Shown here: piece after piece, positions 36,713 through 47,605 of the stretch | Layout: the number at the start of each line of letters is the position of its first letter | Position numbering within the stretch: position 1 is the first letter of the stretch | DNA from: Candidatus Woykebacteria bacterium RBG_13_40_15 | Lineage (GTDB): Bacteria; Patescibacteriota; Microgenomatia; Woykebacterales; RBG-16-39-9b | NCBI GenBank assembly: GCA_001816655.1 | Contig: MHCP01000015.1 | Coordinates: 6,485 to 70,484 of the forward strand | DNA length: 64,000 nt | Reading direction: 5' to 3' | Translations under genes and position numbers: made by a program | The notes under the pieces: generated by a model | Databases searched by the model: none | The model's input: only the letters and a program-made list of their open reading frames with translations | What the model was told of the DNA's origin: nothing

Positions 36713-39165
36713 TTACGTGGCCACTGTGCGAGCATTACACTTTTCCCACCGGTGTTTGATAGTTTTTGCCAAAGTTCCTCAGTTATAAAAGGCATGAATG
36801 GGTGCAATAATATTAGAGAATTTTCAAGTACGTATTCCAACACTGGCTGACTTTCCTTTCTCCGCAATTTACTTTTTTCTATATAAATGTCTGCAAATTT
36901 GTGCCAGACAAAATCGTAGATCTCATCAGAAGCAAGGTGGAGCTGGAGACCTTGTAAATTCTTAGTAACCTTCCCACTTGTTTTATCCAACTCGGTTTTT
37001 ATCCACTTATCATCTTTGTGAGCGAATCTTAGGTTACCTACAGGATCTTTCGGCTTTAACTCCAAGATGTATCTTGCGATGTTTCTGAGCTTCGTTCCAA
37101 AATTCCTGAAGTTTTTTCCTCTAGTATCTAGACTTTCCCTTGAAACCCTGCCATCCCTACCCGGAACAGCATAGGTATAAAGCGCCATTCTTGTTGCATC
37201 GGTTCCCCACCGCTCGATTAAATAGCTTGGTTCGATACCGTTTCCCAATGACTTTGAAAATTTACGACCTTGTAAATCTCTCAACATCCCATGAAAAAAC
37301 ATCTGTTTAAAAGGAATCTCCTTCATAAAGTATTTTCCAAGCATAATCATTCTGGCAATCCAAAGAAATTTAATCTCAGGCGCAGTTATCTCAAAATCCC
37401 AGGGGAAATAACGTTCAAGCGCTCTAGTTTTTTCAGGCCATCCTAAAGTGGAGAGAGGCCAAAGCCCTGAGGAAAACCAGGTATCTAAAACCTGCTCGTC
37501 TTGGGTTAGCTTTGAACCGCCGCATCGAGGACACGTTTCTGGTGGATCGGAAGATACAATTACTTCCCCACACCCCGTGACTTTCCTATTTACGGGCTCA
37601 AATTTATAACTGTATATAAAAGCTAGCGTGTTCTCGTTTACATCAAAATTCTTGTTATGTTTTTGTAGAGCCGCAATCAATTCTTCGCGTTTTTGATAAA
37701 CCGCCCCATAAGCAGGGTCATGTAGTGGCAATTTGCCGACGGCGGTCTCGCTAACAGCAGTGATAGTGCCAAAACCGATGATTTTATTAGTCCCGCTTTG
37801 ATGAAAGGCAGCTCTGTCTCCGACTTTATACCAGTGGTTCTTTAGGCGGTAGGTTTTGGTTTTCCCGGTGTAAAGTTGAGGCACAACGCCTTCATAAAAA
37901 CCCAAGGGTCTAGCTAACCCCTTTCCTAAACCACAATACCAAACCGGGATGCGGTGACCCCACCAAAGAGACCTTGAAATACACCAATCGTGGATATTTG
38001 ATAACCAATCATTGAGAATTTTGGAATACCCCTTAGGTAAAAAATTTATTTCGTTACCACTTATCGCTTTGATTGCCCCCTTAGCTAGATTATTAACTTT
38101 AACAAACCACTCCTCCGATACCAGAGGTTCGACAGTGCTTTTACAGCGATCACAAACAGCAACATTGTGAACATAATCCTCTTCCTTAACCAGAATTCCC
38201 TTTTCTTTAAGTTCTGGAATCATTGCTGCTCGGGCCTCTTCAACCTTCATTCCAGCAAATTTCCCAGCGACCTCTGTTAATCTACCATTTTTATCTATCA
38301 CCCGAATTATTGGAAGGTTGTGCCTTTTCCCAATTTCATAATCTTCAAAATCATGGGCTGGGGTAACTTTTACAACACCCGTCCCAAAGTTTGGATCCAC
38401 TGCCGGATCCGCAATCACCTTCATTTTCTTCGGTCCGGCGAGAGTTTGGATTTCAAATTCCTTTCCAACGAAGTCTGTATATCTTTTATCGCCAGGGTTT
38501 ACAGCCATTGCAGTATCGCCAAACTTTGTTTCCGGGCGAACAGTTGCGAGTGTTAGTGGCCCGTATTTAAGAAAGTAAAGCTTCTCTTTTCTCTCCTCAT
38601 ATTCTAATTCAGCATCCTCTATTGCCGTGTTACATCTCGGACACCACTGCACTATATAAGGCCCTTTGTAGAGTAGCCCTCTGTCCCAATAAGTTTTAAA
38701 CTCTTCAAAAACCGCCTTAGCTGGACCTGGGTCTAGTGAAAAAACTTCCCTGGACCAGTCGGCCGAAAGCCCCATAAATCGCCATGTTGAAGAAACTCCC
38801 TTGTATACCTTGTCTTTAAATTCCCATGCCCTTTTTAACCACTCTTCACGGCCTAGCTTTTCCTTGGAAAGCCCTTGTTTTTTTAGCTCCCTGTTGAAAG
38901 TTGCTTCAAACAAAATCCCTGCATGATCAACACCCGGCAAAAGCAAAACATCAAACCCCTGAAGCCGCTTGAATCGGGCAATAGCATCCAAGATCGTATG
39001 CTGCATTGCATGGCCGAGATGAAGCCCACCGGTTAAATTAGGTGGTGGTATTAGCAGCGAATAAGGTTTTTTTGGAGAGTTCGGGGCCGCTTTGAAAAGA
39101 CCTTTTTTCTCCCAAAAAGAGTACCAGCTCGCTTCGGATTGTTTATGGTCATAAACTTTGTCCAT
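36709..39165 (-). CDS. valS: valyl-tRNA synthetase (short form)
   Basis: PPPNLTGGLHLGHA HIGH region and KFSKSLGN KMSKS region. N-terminal WYSFWEKKGLF. 818 aa, lacking the C-terminal coiled coil. Confidence 0.8.
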   Translation of the reverse strand: MDKVYDHKQSEASWYSFWEKKGLFKAAPNSPKKPYSLLIPPPNLTGGLHLGHAMQHTILDAIARFKRLQGFDVLLLPGVDHAGILFEATFNRELKKQGLSKEKLGREEWLKRAWEFKDKVYKGVSSTWRFMGLSADWSREVFSLDPGPAKAVFEEFKTYWDRGLLYKGPYIVQWCPRCNTAIEDAELEYEERKEKLYFLKYGPLTLATVRPETKFGDTAMAVNPGDKRYTDFVGKEFEIQTLAGPKKMKVIADPAVDPNFGTGVVKVTPAHDFEDYEIGKRHNLPIIRVIDKNGRLTEVAGKFAGMKVEEARAAMIPELKEKGILVKEEDYVHNVAVCDRCKSTVEPLVSEEWFVKVNNLAKGAIKAISGNEINFLPKGYSKILNDWLSNIHDWCISRSLWWGHRIPVWYCGLGKGLARPLGFYEGVVPQLYTGKTKTYRLKNHWYKVGDRAAFHQSGTNKIIGFGTITAVSETAVGKLPLHDPAYGAVYQKREELIAALQKHNKNFDVNENTLAFIYSYKFEPVNRKVTGCGEVIVSSDPPETCPRCGGSKLTQDEQVLDTWFSSGLWPLSTLGWPEKTRALERYFPWDFEITAPEIKFLWIARMIMLGKYFMKEIPFKQMFFHGMLRDLQGRKFSKSLGNGIEPSYLIERWGTDATRMALYTYAVPGRDGRVSRESLDTRGKNFRNFGTKLRNIARYILELKPKDPVGNLRFAHKDDKWIKTELDKTSGKVTKNLQGLQLHLASDEIYDFVWHKFADIYIEKSKLRRKESQPVLEYVLENSLILLHPFMPFITEELWQKLSNTGGKSVMLAQWPRN

Positions 39166-39262
39166 TGTGACAAAGTATATAGTAAGTTAAAGACGCTTGC
39201 AATCTAGCGACCGGTTTAAATAAAACCGAAAGCAAGGGATATATTAAAAACCAAGTAGGAAA

Positions 39263-39913
39263 ATGTCCGCTCGTTTTGGTAAACTTATATTAATGGATGA
39301 AAATCTAAATTTCGATGTCTTAGCTGAGGATAATATTAGAATATTAGCAGTACCAAATGAGAACTTTAAGAAACCGCTATGCGTAATTTTGGTGGGCTAT
39401 CCAGGGGCAGGAAAAACCCATTTGGTAGAAAGATTAAAACAAAAATTTCCATTTACTGTTCTTTCTGAGGAAGATATGACTAGTTTTTTGTCCCCCCGAG
39501 CAACAATATTTAAGCGTGGCGCAGTTGAGGTTTTCAAATTAGCCCTAAAAACCATCGAACACTTATTAAAAAAAGGTAAGTCGTGTATTTATGACGCAAA
39601 TATTAAAACAAGGGAACAGCGGGATTTAATTAAAAAAGCAGTTGAATTTGCAGGAGGCAACTACCTGTTAGTTTTGGTAAATTACCCAAAGGAAGAATGT
39701 TACGAGCGAAGCCAAAAGCAAAACTTTGAAATAAGTAGAGGCGAGGCAAAAGGTTTTATAGTTGATAGGGATTTTTTCGAATTTGAAGTAGCTTCTACAC
39801 ACCTTCCCGCTCCTAATGAGCAACACATAGATTACGACGGGCAAAACGAAGAAGCCCCCCTCCAACTTTACCCAGTATTGGAAGAACGGTTCAAGCAGTC
39901 AGAGCAGTATTGA
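39263..39913 (+). CDS. P-loop kinase-like protein (AAA_33/zeta-toxin-like fold)
   Basis: Walker A VILVGYPGAGKTHLVERL. 216 aa. Confidence 0.45.
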   Translation: MSARFGKLILMDENLNFDVLAEDNIRILAVPNENFKKPLCVILVGYPGAGKTHLVERLKQKFPFTVLSEEDMTSFLSPRATIFKRGAVEVFKLALKTIEHLLKKGKSCIYDANIKTREQRDLIKKAVEFAGGNYLLVLVNYPKEECYERSQKQNFEISRGEAKGFIVDRDFFEFEVASTHLPAPNEQHIDYDGQNEEAPLQLYPVLEERFKQSEQY

Positions 39914-40882
39914 TGGGTCGGGTTCCAGTTTGCTCCACGGAACAATTTTATAGTTGAAGTAGGCAGCTGCCGCGACCATAACCCCATTATCAACCGAAAG
40001 ATTAATCGGCGGAAAGAAGACTGGAATGGAAAGGCTTTTACCAGCCTCTTCTCTAAGTAGTTTGTTTGCGGCCACCCCTCCCCCAAAAACAATACTTTCC
40101 GCGGGCAGACTGGCGGAAGCTTTTTTAGCTTTTGTAATTAAAACTTCTACAACTGCTGCTTGAACACTGGCAGCAATATTATTGATATTATCGCTGAGAT
40201 TCTCCTCACCAATATTACTAACCAAACTAGTAACAGCCGTTTTAAGACCGCTGAATGAAAAATCATAATCAGGGGAGTTGAGTAGAGGCCTTGGAAGATT
40301 AAATTTTTGAGAATCACCTTGTATTGCTGCCTTTTCTATCGCAGGGCCGCCAGGATAGCCTAGGCGTAGAAGACGGGCTATTTTATCAAGAGACTCTCCT
40401 GCAGCATCGTCCCTGGTACCCCCGAGAGATTTATAATTTCCATGCCCCTGCATATAAACTAATTCCGTATGCCCGCCGGAGACTATAAGAGCAATGAGGG
40501 GAAATTTTGGTGGGGTTGTGTTTTCAATCCAGGTAGCATAAATATGAGAAATTAGATGACTCACTGGGATTAGTGGTTTTTTCCATACATAGGAAAGTGT
40601 TTTGGCAACTTCAACACCAACAATTAGTGAGCCATGTAGACCGGGACCGAAGGTAACTGCGATTGCATCGATTTGCTTTGAGGGAGGCTCTCCTAATACC
40701 TCAGTAACAACTGGAATTATTGTTTTGGTTTGCTCGCGCGCCGCGATCTCTGGTATTATTCCGCCAGACTTAGCGTGCAAAGGTAGGGAAGAAGCAAGGC
40801 TGCTGGAGATAACTTTAGTGCCGTTTTCGACAATGGCAACAGCCGTTTCGTCACAGGAAGTTTCTACACCTAGGATTTTCAT
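39899..40882 (-). CDS. tsaD: tRNA N6-adenosine threonylcarbamoyltransferase TsaD/Kae1
   Basis: MKILGVETSCDETAVAIV and the conserved HxxxH-less ASKH fold motifs GGVAAN. Confidence 0.85.
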   Translation of the reverse strand: MKILGVETSCDETAVAIVENGTKVISSSLASSLPLHAKSGGIIPEIAAREQTKTIIPVVTEVLGEPPSKQIDAIAVTFGPGLHGSLIVGVEVAKTLSYVWKKPLIPVSHLISHIYATWIENTTPPKFPLIALIVSGGHTELVYMQGHGNYKSLGGTRDDAAGESLDKIARLLRLGYPGGPAIEKAAIQGDSQKFNLPRPLLNSPDYDFSFSGLKTAVTSLVSNIGEENLSDNINNIAASVQAAVVEVLITKAKKASASLPAESIVFGGGVAANKLLREEAGKSLSIPVFFPPINLSVDNGVMVAAAAYFNYKIVPWSKLEPDPSILL

Positions 40883-40943
40883 ATTGCTTGCCTGTCCTGA
40901 GCCTGTCGAAGGATTTCAATCCCCAAAATTTTCATAAGCTTGG

Positions 40944-41483
40944 TTACTGCCCATAATGAACTGGCGGTTTTGGGGACCGCTTTCTTCTAGGTGACAATAA
41001 ATATTGGGCCGCGTCTGCGTCCAGATCAGTAAATTCATCCGCTTCAGCAATTAATTTGTTGGAAGCGCTAGGTTTAAAGGCCATAACTTCAACCCTGTGG
41101 CCCTGATTCCTTAAAAATTCCACAGCGTCTTTATAATCACCATCTCCGGAAACAAGAACCATTACATCCAATTTAGAAGAGAGGCGAATCATATCAATCA
41201 CGACCCCGACATCCCAATCCGCTTTCTTTTGCCCACCGGGAAAAACCTGAATATCCTTTACCTTTACTTCGAAGCCGGCTTTTTGTAGAGCATCAAAAAA
41301 AGATTGTTCTAGGGGTTCCTCAGCACGGACAACATAAGCGATCGCTCTAATTAGTTGTCGGCCACCAACAGCGTCTTCTAGTATTTTTCCAAAATTTACT
41401 TTAGATCCATAAAGATTTTTGGCCGAATAATACATATTTTGAACATCTACAAAAACCCCAACTCTTTGCGAAATGTTTTTCAT
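40944..41483 (-). CDS. NYN/LabA-like PIN-fold domain protein
   Basis: VGVFVDVQNMYY...LVSGDGDY pattern of LabA/NYN nucleases. Confidence 0.65.
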   Translation of the reverse strand: MKNISQRVGVFVDVQNMYYSAKNLYGSKVNFGKILEDAVGGRQLIRAIAYVVRAEEPLEQSFFDALQKAGFEVKVKDIQVFPGGQKKADWDVGVVIDMIRLSSKLDVMVLVSGDGDYKDAVEFLRNQGHRVEVMAFKPSASNKLIAEADEFTDLDADAAQYLLSPRRKRSPKPPVHYGQ

Positions 41484-41567
41484 TTCAATTCACCACCCTT
41501 CGACCAGTAATAATTGAAGAACTGATGCTGTTATGATAACATTTAGAGCAGTTTTTAGCGAGGATCT

Positions 41568-42446
41568 ATGAAAAAAGTTACAAAAGCAATAATCCCCGCG
41601 GCTGGTTTCGGAACTCGCTTTTTGCCACAAACAAAGGCAATGCCCAAAGAAATGCTCCCCGTGGTTGATAAGCCGGTTATTCAATATGTCGTTGAAGAGG
41701 TAGTAGCCTCTGGGATTTTCGACATTATTATCGTTACCGGGTCATCCAAAAGAGCAATCGAGGACCATTTTGATCGGGCCTATGATTTGGAATTTTTTCT
41801 TTCTCAGTCAGGAAAAGGAGATAAATTAGAGGAAATTCGTAAGATTGCCAATATGGCAAATTTTGTTTTTGTAAGTCAGAGGGGGCCATATGGAAATGCT
41901 GGGCCAGTTCTTAGTGCAAGCCACCTTATAGCGAAGGACGAACCATTTGCTGTTATTTGGGGAGACGAATTTATTTATGCGGACCCCCCACGCTTAAAGC
42001 AGCTGATTGATGTTTTTGAAAAATATCAAAAATCGGCAATTAGCGGAGTGAGAGTCGATAAAAAAGACCTTTCAAAATATGGGATATCAAAAATAGAATC
42101 AGTCGAGGATAATGTGTATAAGATATTAGACATCGTCGAGAAACCGACGCTGGAAGAGGCCCCTTCAAATTTAGCGACTCACGGGGCTTATATTTTTACC
42201 CCTAGTATGCTCGGTTACCTATCTGACTTGAAACCTGGGAAGGGTGGGGAGCTGTGGCTATCGGAAGCGATCGAGGCACTGCTAAAAAAAGAGTCGGTAT
42301 ACGCTGTAGAAATTAAAAACGGTAGGTATTACGATACTGGGGACAAACTTGGCTACCTAAAGACGATAATTGATTTCTCCATCGATCACCCTGAATTTGG
42401 GAATGAAATAAAAGAATATATAAAAGAAAAAGCTAGGGCTTTTTGA
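41568..42446 (+). CDS. galU: UTP-glucose-1-phosphate uridylyltransferase
   Basis: AIIPAAGFGTRFLPQTKAMPKEMLPVVDKP N-terminal nucleotidyltransferase signature. Confidence 0.8.
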   Translation: MKKVTKAIIPAAGFGTRFLPQTKAMPKEMLPVVDKPVIQYVVEEVVASGIFDIIIVTGSSKRAIEDHFDRAYDLEFFLSQSGKGDKLEEIRKIANMANFVFVSQRGPYGNAGPVLSASHLIAKDEPFAVIWGDEFIYADPPRLKQLIDVFEKYQKSAISGVRVDKKDLSKYGISKIESVEDNVYKILDIVEKPTLEEAPSNLATHGAYIFTPSMLGYLSDLKPGKGGELWLSEAIEALLKKESVYAVEIKNGRYYDTGDKLGYLKTIIDFSIDHPEFGNEIKEYIKEKARAF

Positions 42447-42541
42447 TCAGACTTGACAAATAAACGGCTACCTTTTAAAATCTTGTCTTGCCCAAGTGCT
42501 CTGTTATCTGTACCACCTTTAATAAAAGCTAATAAAGAATT

Positions 42542-44492
<1,951 letters not shown>

Positions 44493-44500
44493 GCAGATAT

Positions 44501-44523
44501 CAGAAAGCAGACAGCAGTAAGCG
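44501..44523. repeat. CAGAAAGCAG...CAGTAAGCG motif at left edge of GC-rich island 2
   Basis: cagaaagcagacagcagtaagcg shares a 10-mer and a 9-mer with the repeat at 22365-22395. Confidence 0.5.
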
Positions 44524-44632
44524 TTAGAAGTAGGCCTTAGGAACCTCAAAGCCTGTAGTTCTCCACTCGTTTCGGATAATTTTGATCTTCCCATAAATTT
44601 TTAACTTGAGAAAAAATGTGAAAACTAGGACA

Positions 44633-44666
44633 GTCAGGGGAACCTCGGTTTGGAAGTTCCCCTGAC
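44633..44666. terminator. strong hairpin downstream of minus-strand 295-aa ORF (11-bp stem GTCAGGGGAAC/GTTCCCCTGAC)
   Basis: Perfect 11-bp stem, 12-nt loop, and T-rich trailer on the minus strand. Confidence 0.5.
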
Positions 44667-44677
44667 GAGTGCGTGAA

Positions 44678-45565
44678 CTAGCTTTTCTTGACTAGCTTGC
44701 CGTGCGGTCTCCAGGAGGAAGGCCGGCCTTGTGTTATGACCTCAACCATTCTTGTTGGCCACTCTGTCCCGAATTGTAGGAGACGGCCGAATCCGAGACG
44801 TAGGGCCGTAGGTTTGTCTGGAAGCAACAACGGAAGCTCCTCGGGGTTTATTTTCTCACCCTCCCTGTAGAAAGCTGCATGGTGCTTTACTGGGCAGACT
44901 AGCAGTACTCTCTTGAGGAAGAAGAATGCGACGAAATGGTCCTCTCTATTGAGGCAGCGGACCAAATAAGTCGCCTCTGGTGCTAAGCCCCAAGGTATGG
45001 TTAGTCGCTTAGGATCCGTGGCCGAGTGCTGTTGCCAGGTAAAGACACCCCAGTGCTTCGTATATACCCTCCCCTCACTGTCGATTTTCACCACTTCCAT
45101 CAGGTCTGGTACCGGAGCGCGGGTGAGCGGGCCGGTCCCAACTAGCGGCGGCTGGCGGATTGGGGGCAGATCGTCCAAATGGAGACAGCCGATAAAGGGC
45201 CGCTTCTCTGGCCAGGTTTCCATTCCTTCCACTGCCCCAAAAGGTAGTACCTCTCTTCCAAACAGGATTTCCGAACCCTGCTTGAAAGTTCCAAACGTCG
45301 CTCCGTTGTCAGGATTGGGAAAGCCGAATCTACCAGAGGGTGAAACTCGGCAAAACCGGGTTGGAAGGCGCGCTCTTAGACATCTCTGATAGTAAAGACG
45401 TTCCATCCATGTCGGGGCTTGACCAAGACTCTGAACAAGTTCCCAGACATCCGACTCCCCCAGTAGCCATAGCCTATAGCGAAGCTCAAGATCTTCATCG
45501 GGCATGATCAGTAGGTGTGCGCCACTTGATGTAACCAGGTGAAACGTTAATTTGGCGGGCGGCAT
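44678..45565 (-). CDS. hypothetical protein (295 aa), GC-rich island 2, candidate retron accessory/effector
   Basis: Long ORF with island-like GC content. No recognisable motif. Confidence 0.5.
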   Translation of the reverse strand: MPPAKLTFHLVTSSGAHLLIMPDEDLELRYRLWLLGESDVWELVQSLGQAPTWMERLYYQRCLRARLPTRFCRVSPSGRFGFPNPDNGATFGTFKQGSEILFGREVLPFGAVEGMETWPEKRPFIGCLHLDDLPPIRQPPLVGTGPLTRAPVPDLMEVVKIDSEGRVYTKHWGVFTWQQHSATDPKRLTIPWGLAPEATYLVRCLNREDHFVAFFFLKRVLLVCPVKHHAAFYREGEKINPEELPLLLPDKPTALRLGFGRLLQFGTEWPTRMVEVITQGRPSSWRPHGKLVKKS

Positions 45566-45737
45566 GACGTTCCCTCCTTGGATTTGAACTCTCCTTAACT
45601 ACAATCTCCACTCCAACTGTTAAATATATTAAAACTTTTTTTGTAGCTGTCAAGCGGCTTTTAGCTAAAAAGTACCTTATTAATAAGCGAAGTTGAAAGT
45701 TGCAGATAAAACCATATTTATCTAAAATGTTATTGCT

Positions 45738-46223
45738 ATGGGGAAATTTGAGGCTTTGACACCAGAACAAGTAAGACAATTTGAAAAAGAAGCAGTTAAA
45801 AGATTTAACCACGAGGAAAACGATCATCCACATGTTGAACCCCAGGTGGGATCACTTGAGCTGGCCCGCTTTAAGGCCGTTTTTCCTTTCCAACTTTTTC
45901 CAGACGAGTTGATAGTCGAGGAAAAAAGAGTGATTTGGATTCATCGTTTTGGCCCACGAATGTGCGAGGTAATTACTCTTTTACCCTCCGATATAAATAG
46001 AGTCGAAGCTTCCACCGGCCCTCTCTTTGGCCATCTTCATGTCTCTATACCAAGGCACGATATTGAGATTCTTATCGACCGTCTTAAACGAAACGACGCT
46101 CTCTTTGCCCGTGATTTAATTGATGGTCTAGCTACAGCAGCCAGACAAAACCTAGCGATAGAAGGCGAAACTGCGCAAGAAAAAGTAGATTTTCTTCTCC
46201 GTCTTTCCCACGTGAGTGTCTAA
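45738..46223 (+). CDS. hypothetical protein (161 aa) immediately upstream of retron-like ncRNA, candidate effector
   Basis: Same strand as the RT, ending about 40 nt before the a1 repeat. No recognisable motif. Confidence 0.5.
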   Translation: MGKFEALTPEQVRQFEKEAVKRFNHEENDHPHVEPQVGSLELARFKAVFPFQLFPDELIVEEKRVIWIHRFGPRMCEVITLLPSDINRVEASTGPLFGHLHVSIPRHDIEILIDRLKRNDALFARDLIDGLATAARQNLAIEGETAQEKVDFLLRLSHVSV

Positions 46224-46262
46224 ACCTTGACCGAAAAAGCCCTAAATGATATAAAGACACTA

Positions 46263-46388
46263 ACTTGGGCTAGAGCTTAAGTGGCCCCAAATTGGCCCGC
46301 ACCGTCAGATGGCTGACTGGTGTAAACGGGAAGGCTGGCGCCTCGTTCCCGGCGCGCGTTTACCAGCCCGAACTTGAGTAGCCCAAGT
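46263..46388 (+). ncRNA. retron-like msr/msd non-coding RNA bracketed by a1/a2 inverted repeats
   Basis: Perfect 10-bp inverted repeat ACTTGGGCTA (46263-46272) and TAGCCCAAGT (46379-46388). The enclosed region has a GGCC hairpin and a long imperfect stem GACTGGTGTAAACGGGAAGGCTGGCGCC / GGCGCGCGTTTACCAGCC. It lies directly upstream of a retron-type RT. Confidence 0.55.
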
Positions 46389-47432
46389 GAGGATGGGGCT
46401 GCCGTACTAGCTAATAGCGCGGCAGCCCCTAGAAAATGGAGAGCGATAATGAGATCAATAGAGCCAGTTATATTCTCCAGCGGAGAAGGACGATTCCCAG
46501 CGGAGGGTTTGGAGGTTGACTATAATAGGTTCGGATTCAACCCCCTAGTCTACCTCGGGTTCCTAATAGGTATACCAACAAGGTGGATCGATTACGTAAT
46601 AAAAATCGGTGCCGACAACTTCTACACCGAAGTTAGGATACCGAAAAAGGGTGGTGGGGTGAGGGTTCTTCAAGTACCCCTAGATCCCTTAATGGGTATT
46701 CAGAGAAGGATTCTTCGCAAGGTTCTAAGCCAACTAGAGCCCAAGAGCTCCTGCCACGGCTTTGTTACTGGTAGATCGATAATTACCAATGCCCAAGTCC
46801 ATGTCGGATCAACGCACATGCTTGTCCTCGATCTGGAAAGTGCATTTGATCAAGGCCTGTCTAGTCGAATCTTTAGAGAGCTCTGGGGAGAGAGGGTTGG
46901 CGAGAGGAGGCTTGGATTTCTGGTCGCCTCCTTGATAACACAGCTCTGTACAGTATACAGCGGGGATATTGGAGAACGGTACGGGTTTCGGCACCTTCCT
47001 CAGGGAGCACCAACCTCACCAGCGCTCTTTAATCTTGCTTGCCGTCCGTTGGATGGAAGACTGGACCACTTCGTATGGAGAATCGGTGGGGTTTACACAC
47101 GCTATGCGGACAACCTTGCTTTCTCCGTTCCTAGACAACTGACCCCCAAGGAGGAGCATATAATTCGGAAGATAGTAGATGGGAGTGGTTTCAGAGTTAA
47201 CGATGCCAAAACGAGGTTGATGCGCCAAAGCGGGCACTCGATCCTGCGTCTTCCAGGGGTCGCTATCAACAACGGAAGGATAATACTTCCCAAGAGGAAG
47301 AGAAAGCAGCTGCGGGCAGCAATTTACCTAGCCGCCTTGCATGGAGAGACAGATAGGCTTCGGGGACTAATAGGCTTTGTGGAGCAGGTGTACGGCCCCG
47401 AAGTCCCAAGACAAATAATCGGTAGTCACTAG
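46374..47432 (+). CDS. retron-type reverse transcriptase (motif C reads YADN)
   Basis: RT motifs present: IPKKGGGVRVLQVP (motifs 1-2); HGFVTGRSIITNAQVH carrying the retron-specific VTG and NAxxH; LDLESAFD (motif A); LPQGAPTSPALFNLA (motif B); YTRYADNLAF (motif C with the second Asp replaced by Asn). The likely true start is ATG at 46449, which has a GGAGAG ribosome-binding site. Confidence 0.8.
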   Translation: MSSPSEDGAAVLANSAAAPRKWRAIMRSIEPVIFSSGEGRFPAEGLEVDYNRFGFNPLVYLGFLIGIPTRWIDYVIKIGADNFYTEVRIPKKGGGVRVLQVPLDPLMGIQRRILRKVLSQLEPKSSCHGFVTGRSIITNAQVHVGSTHMLVLDLESAFDQGLSSRIFRELWGERVGERRLGFLVASLITQLCTVYSGDIGERYGFRHLPQGAPTSPALFNLACRPLDGRLDHFVWRIGGVYTRYADNLAFSVPRQLTPKEEHIIRKIVDGSGFRVNDAKTRLMRQSGHSILRLPGVAINNGRIILPKRKRKQLRAAIYLAALHGETDRLRGLIGFVEQVYGPEVPRQIIGSH

Positions 47433-47433
47433 T

Positions 47434-47464
47434 AGCGGGCTCGCTTCCACAAACCGAGCCCGCT
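47434..47464. repeat. boundary hairpin AGCGGGCTCG-loop-CGAGCCCGCT (island 2, just after RT stop)
   Basis: 10-bp stem with 11-nt loop. Same stem sequence family as 21973-22003. Confidence 0.6.
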
Positions 47465-47605
47465 CACCGTAGTTAATATCCCATAATAATTATATATTCA
47501 AATTTATCTCTGACTTTGAATCAAATTACCCTTGCTTACTTCTTTACAAAAATTAACGAAAACTTTCCACCAAGGCCCTTTTATTTGCTACAATTAAATT
47601 GATAT

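Noticed and set aside
42447-42541. CIRCE (HrcA) operator upstream of groES
   Set aside because: Only a partial half-site (AGTGCTC) is present. No inverted repeat TTAGCACTC-N9-GAGTGCTAA could be found. No hrcA in the window.
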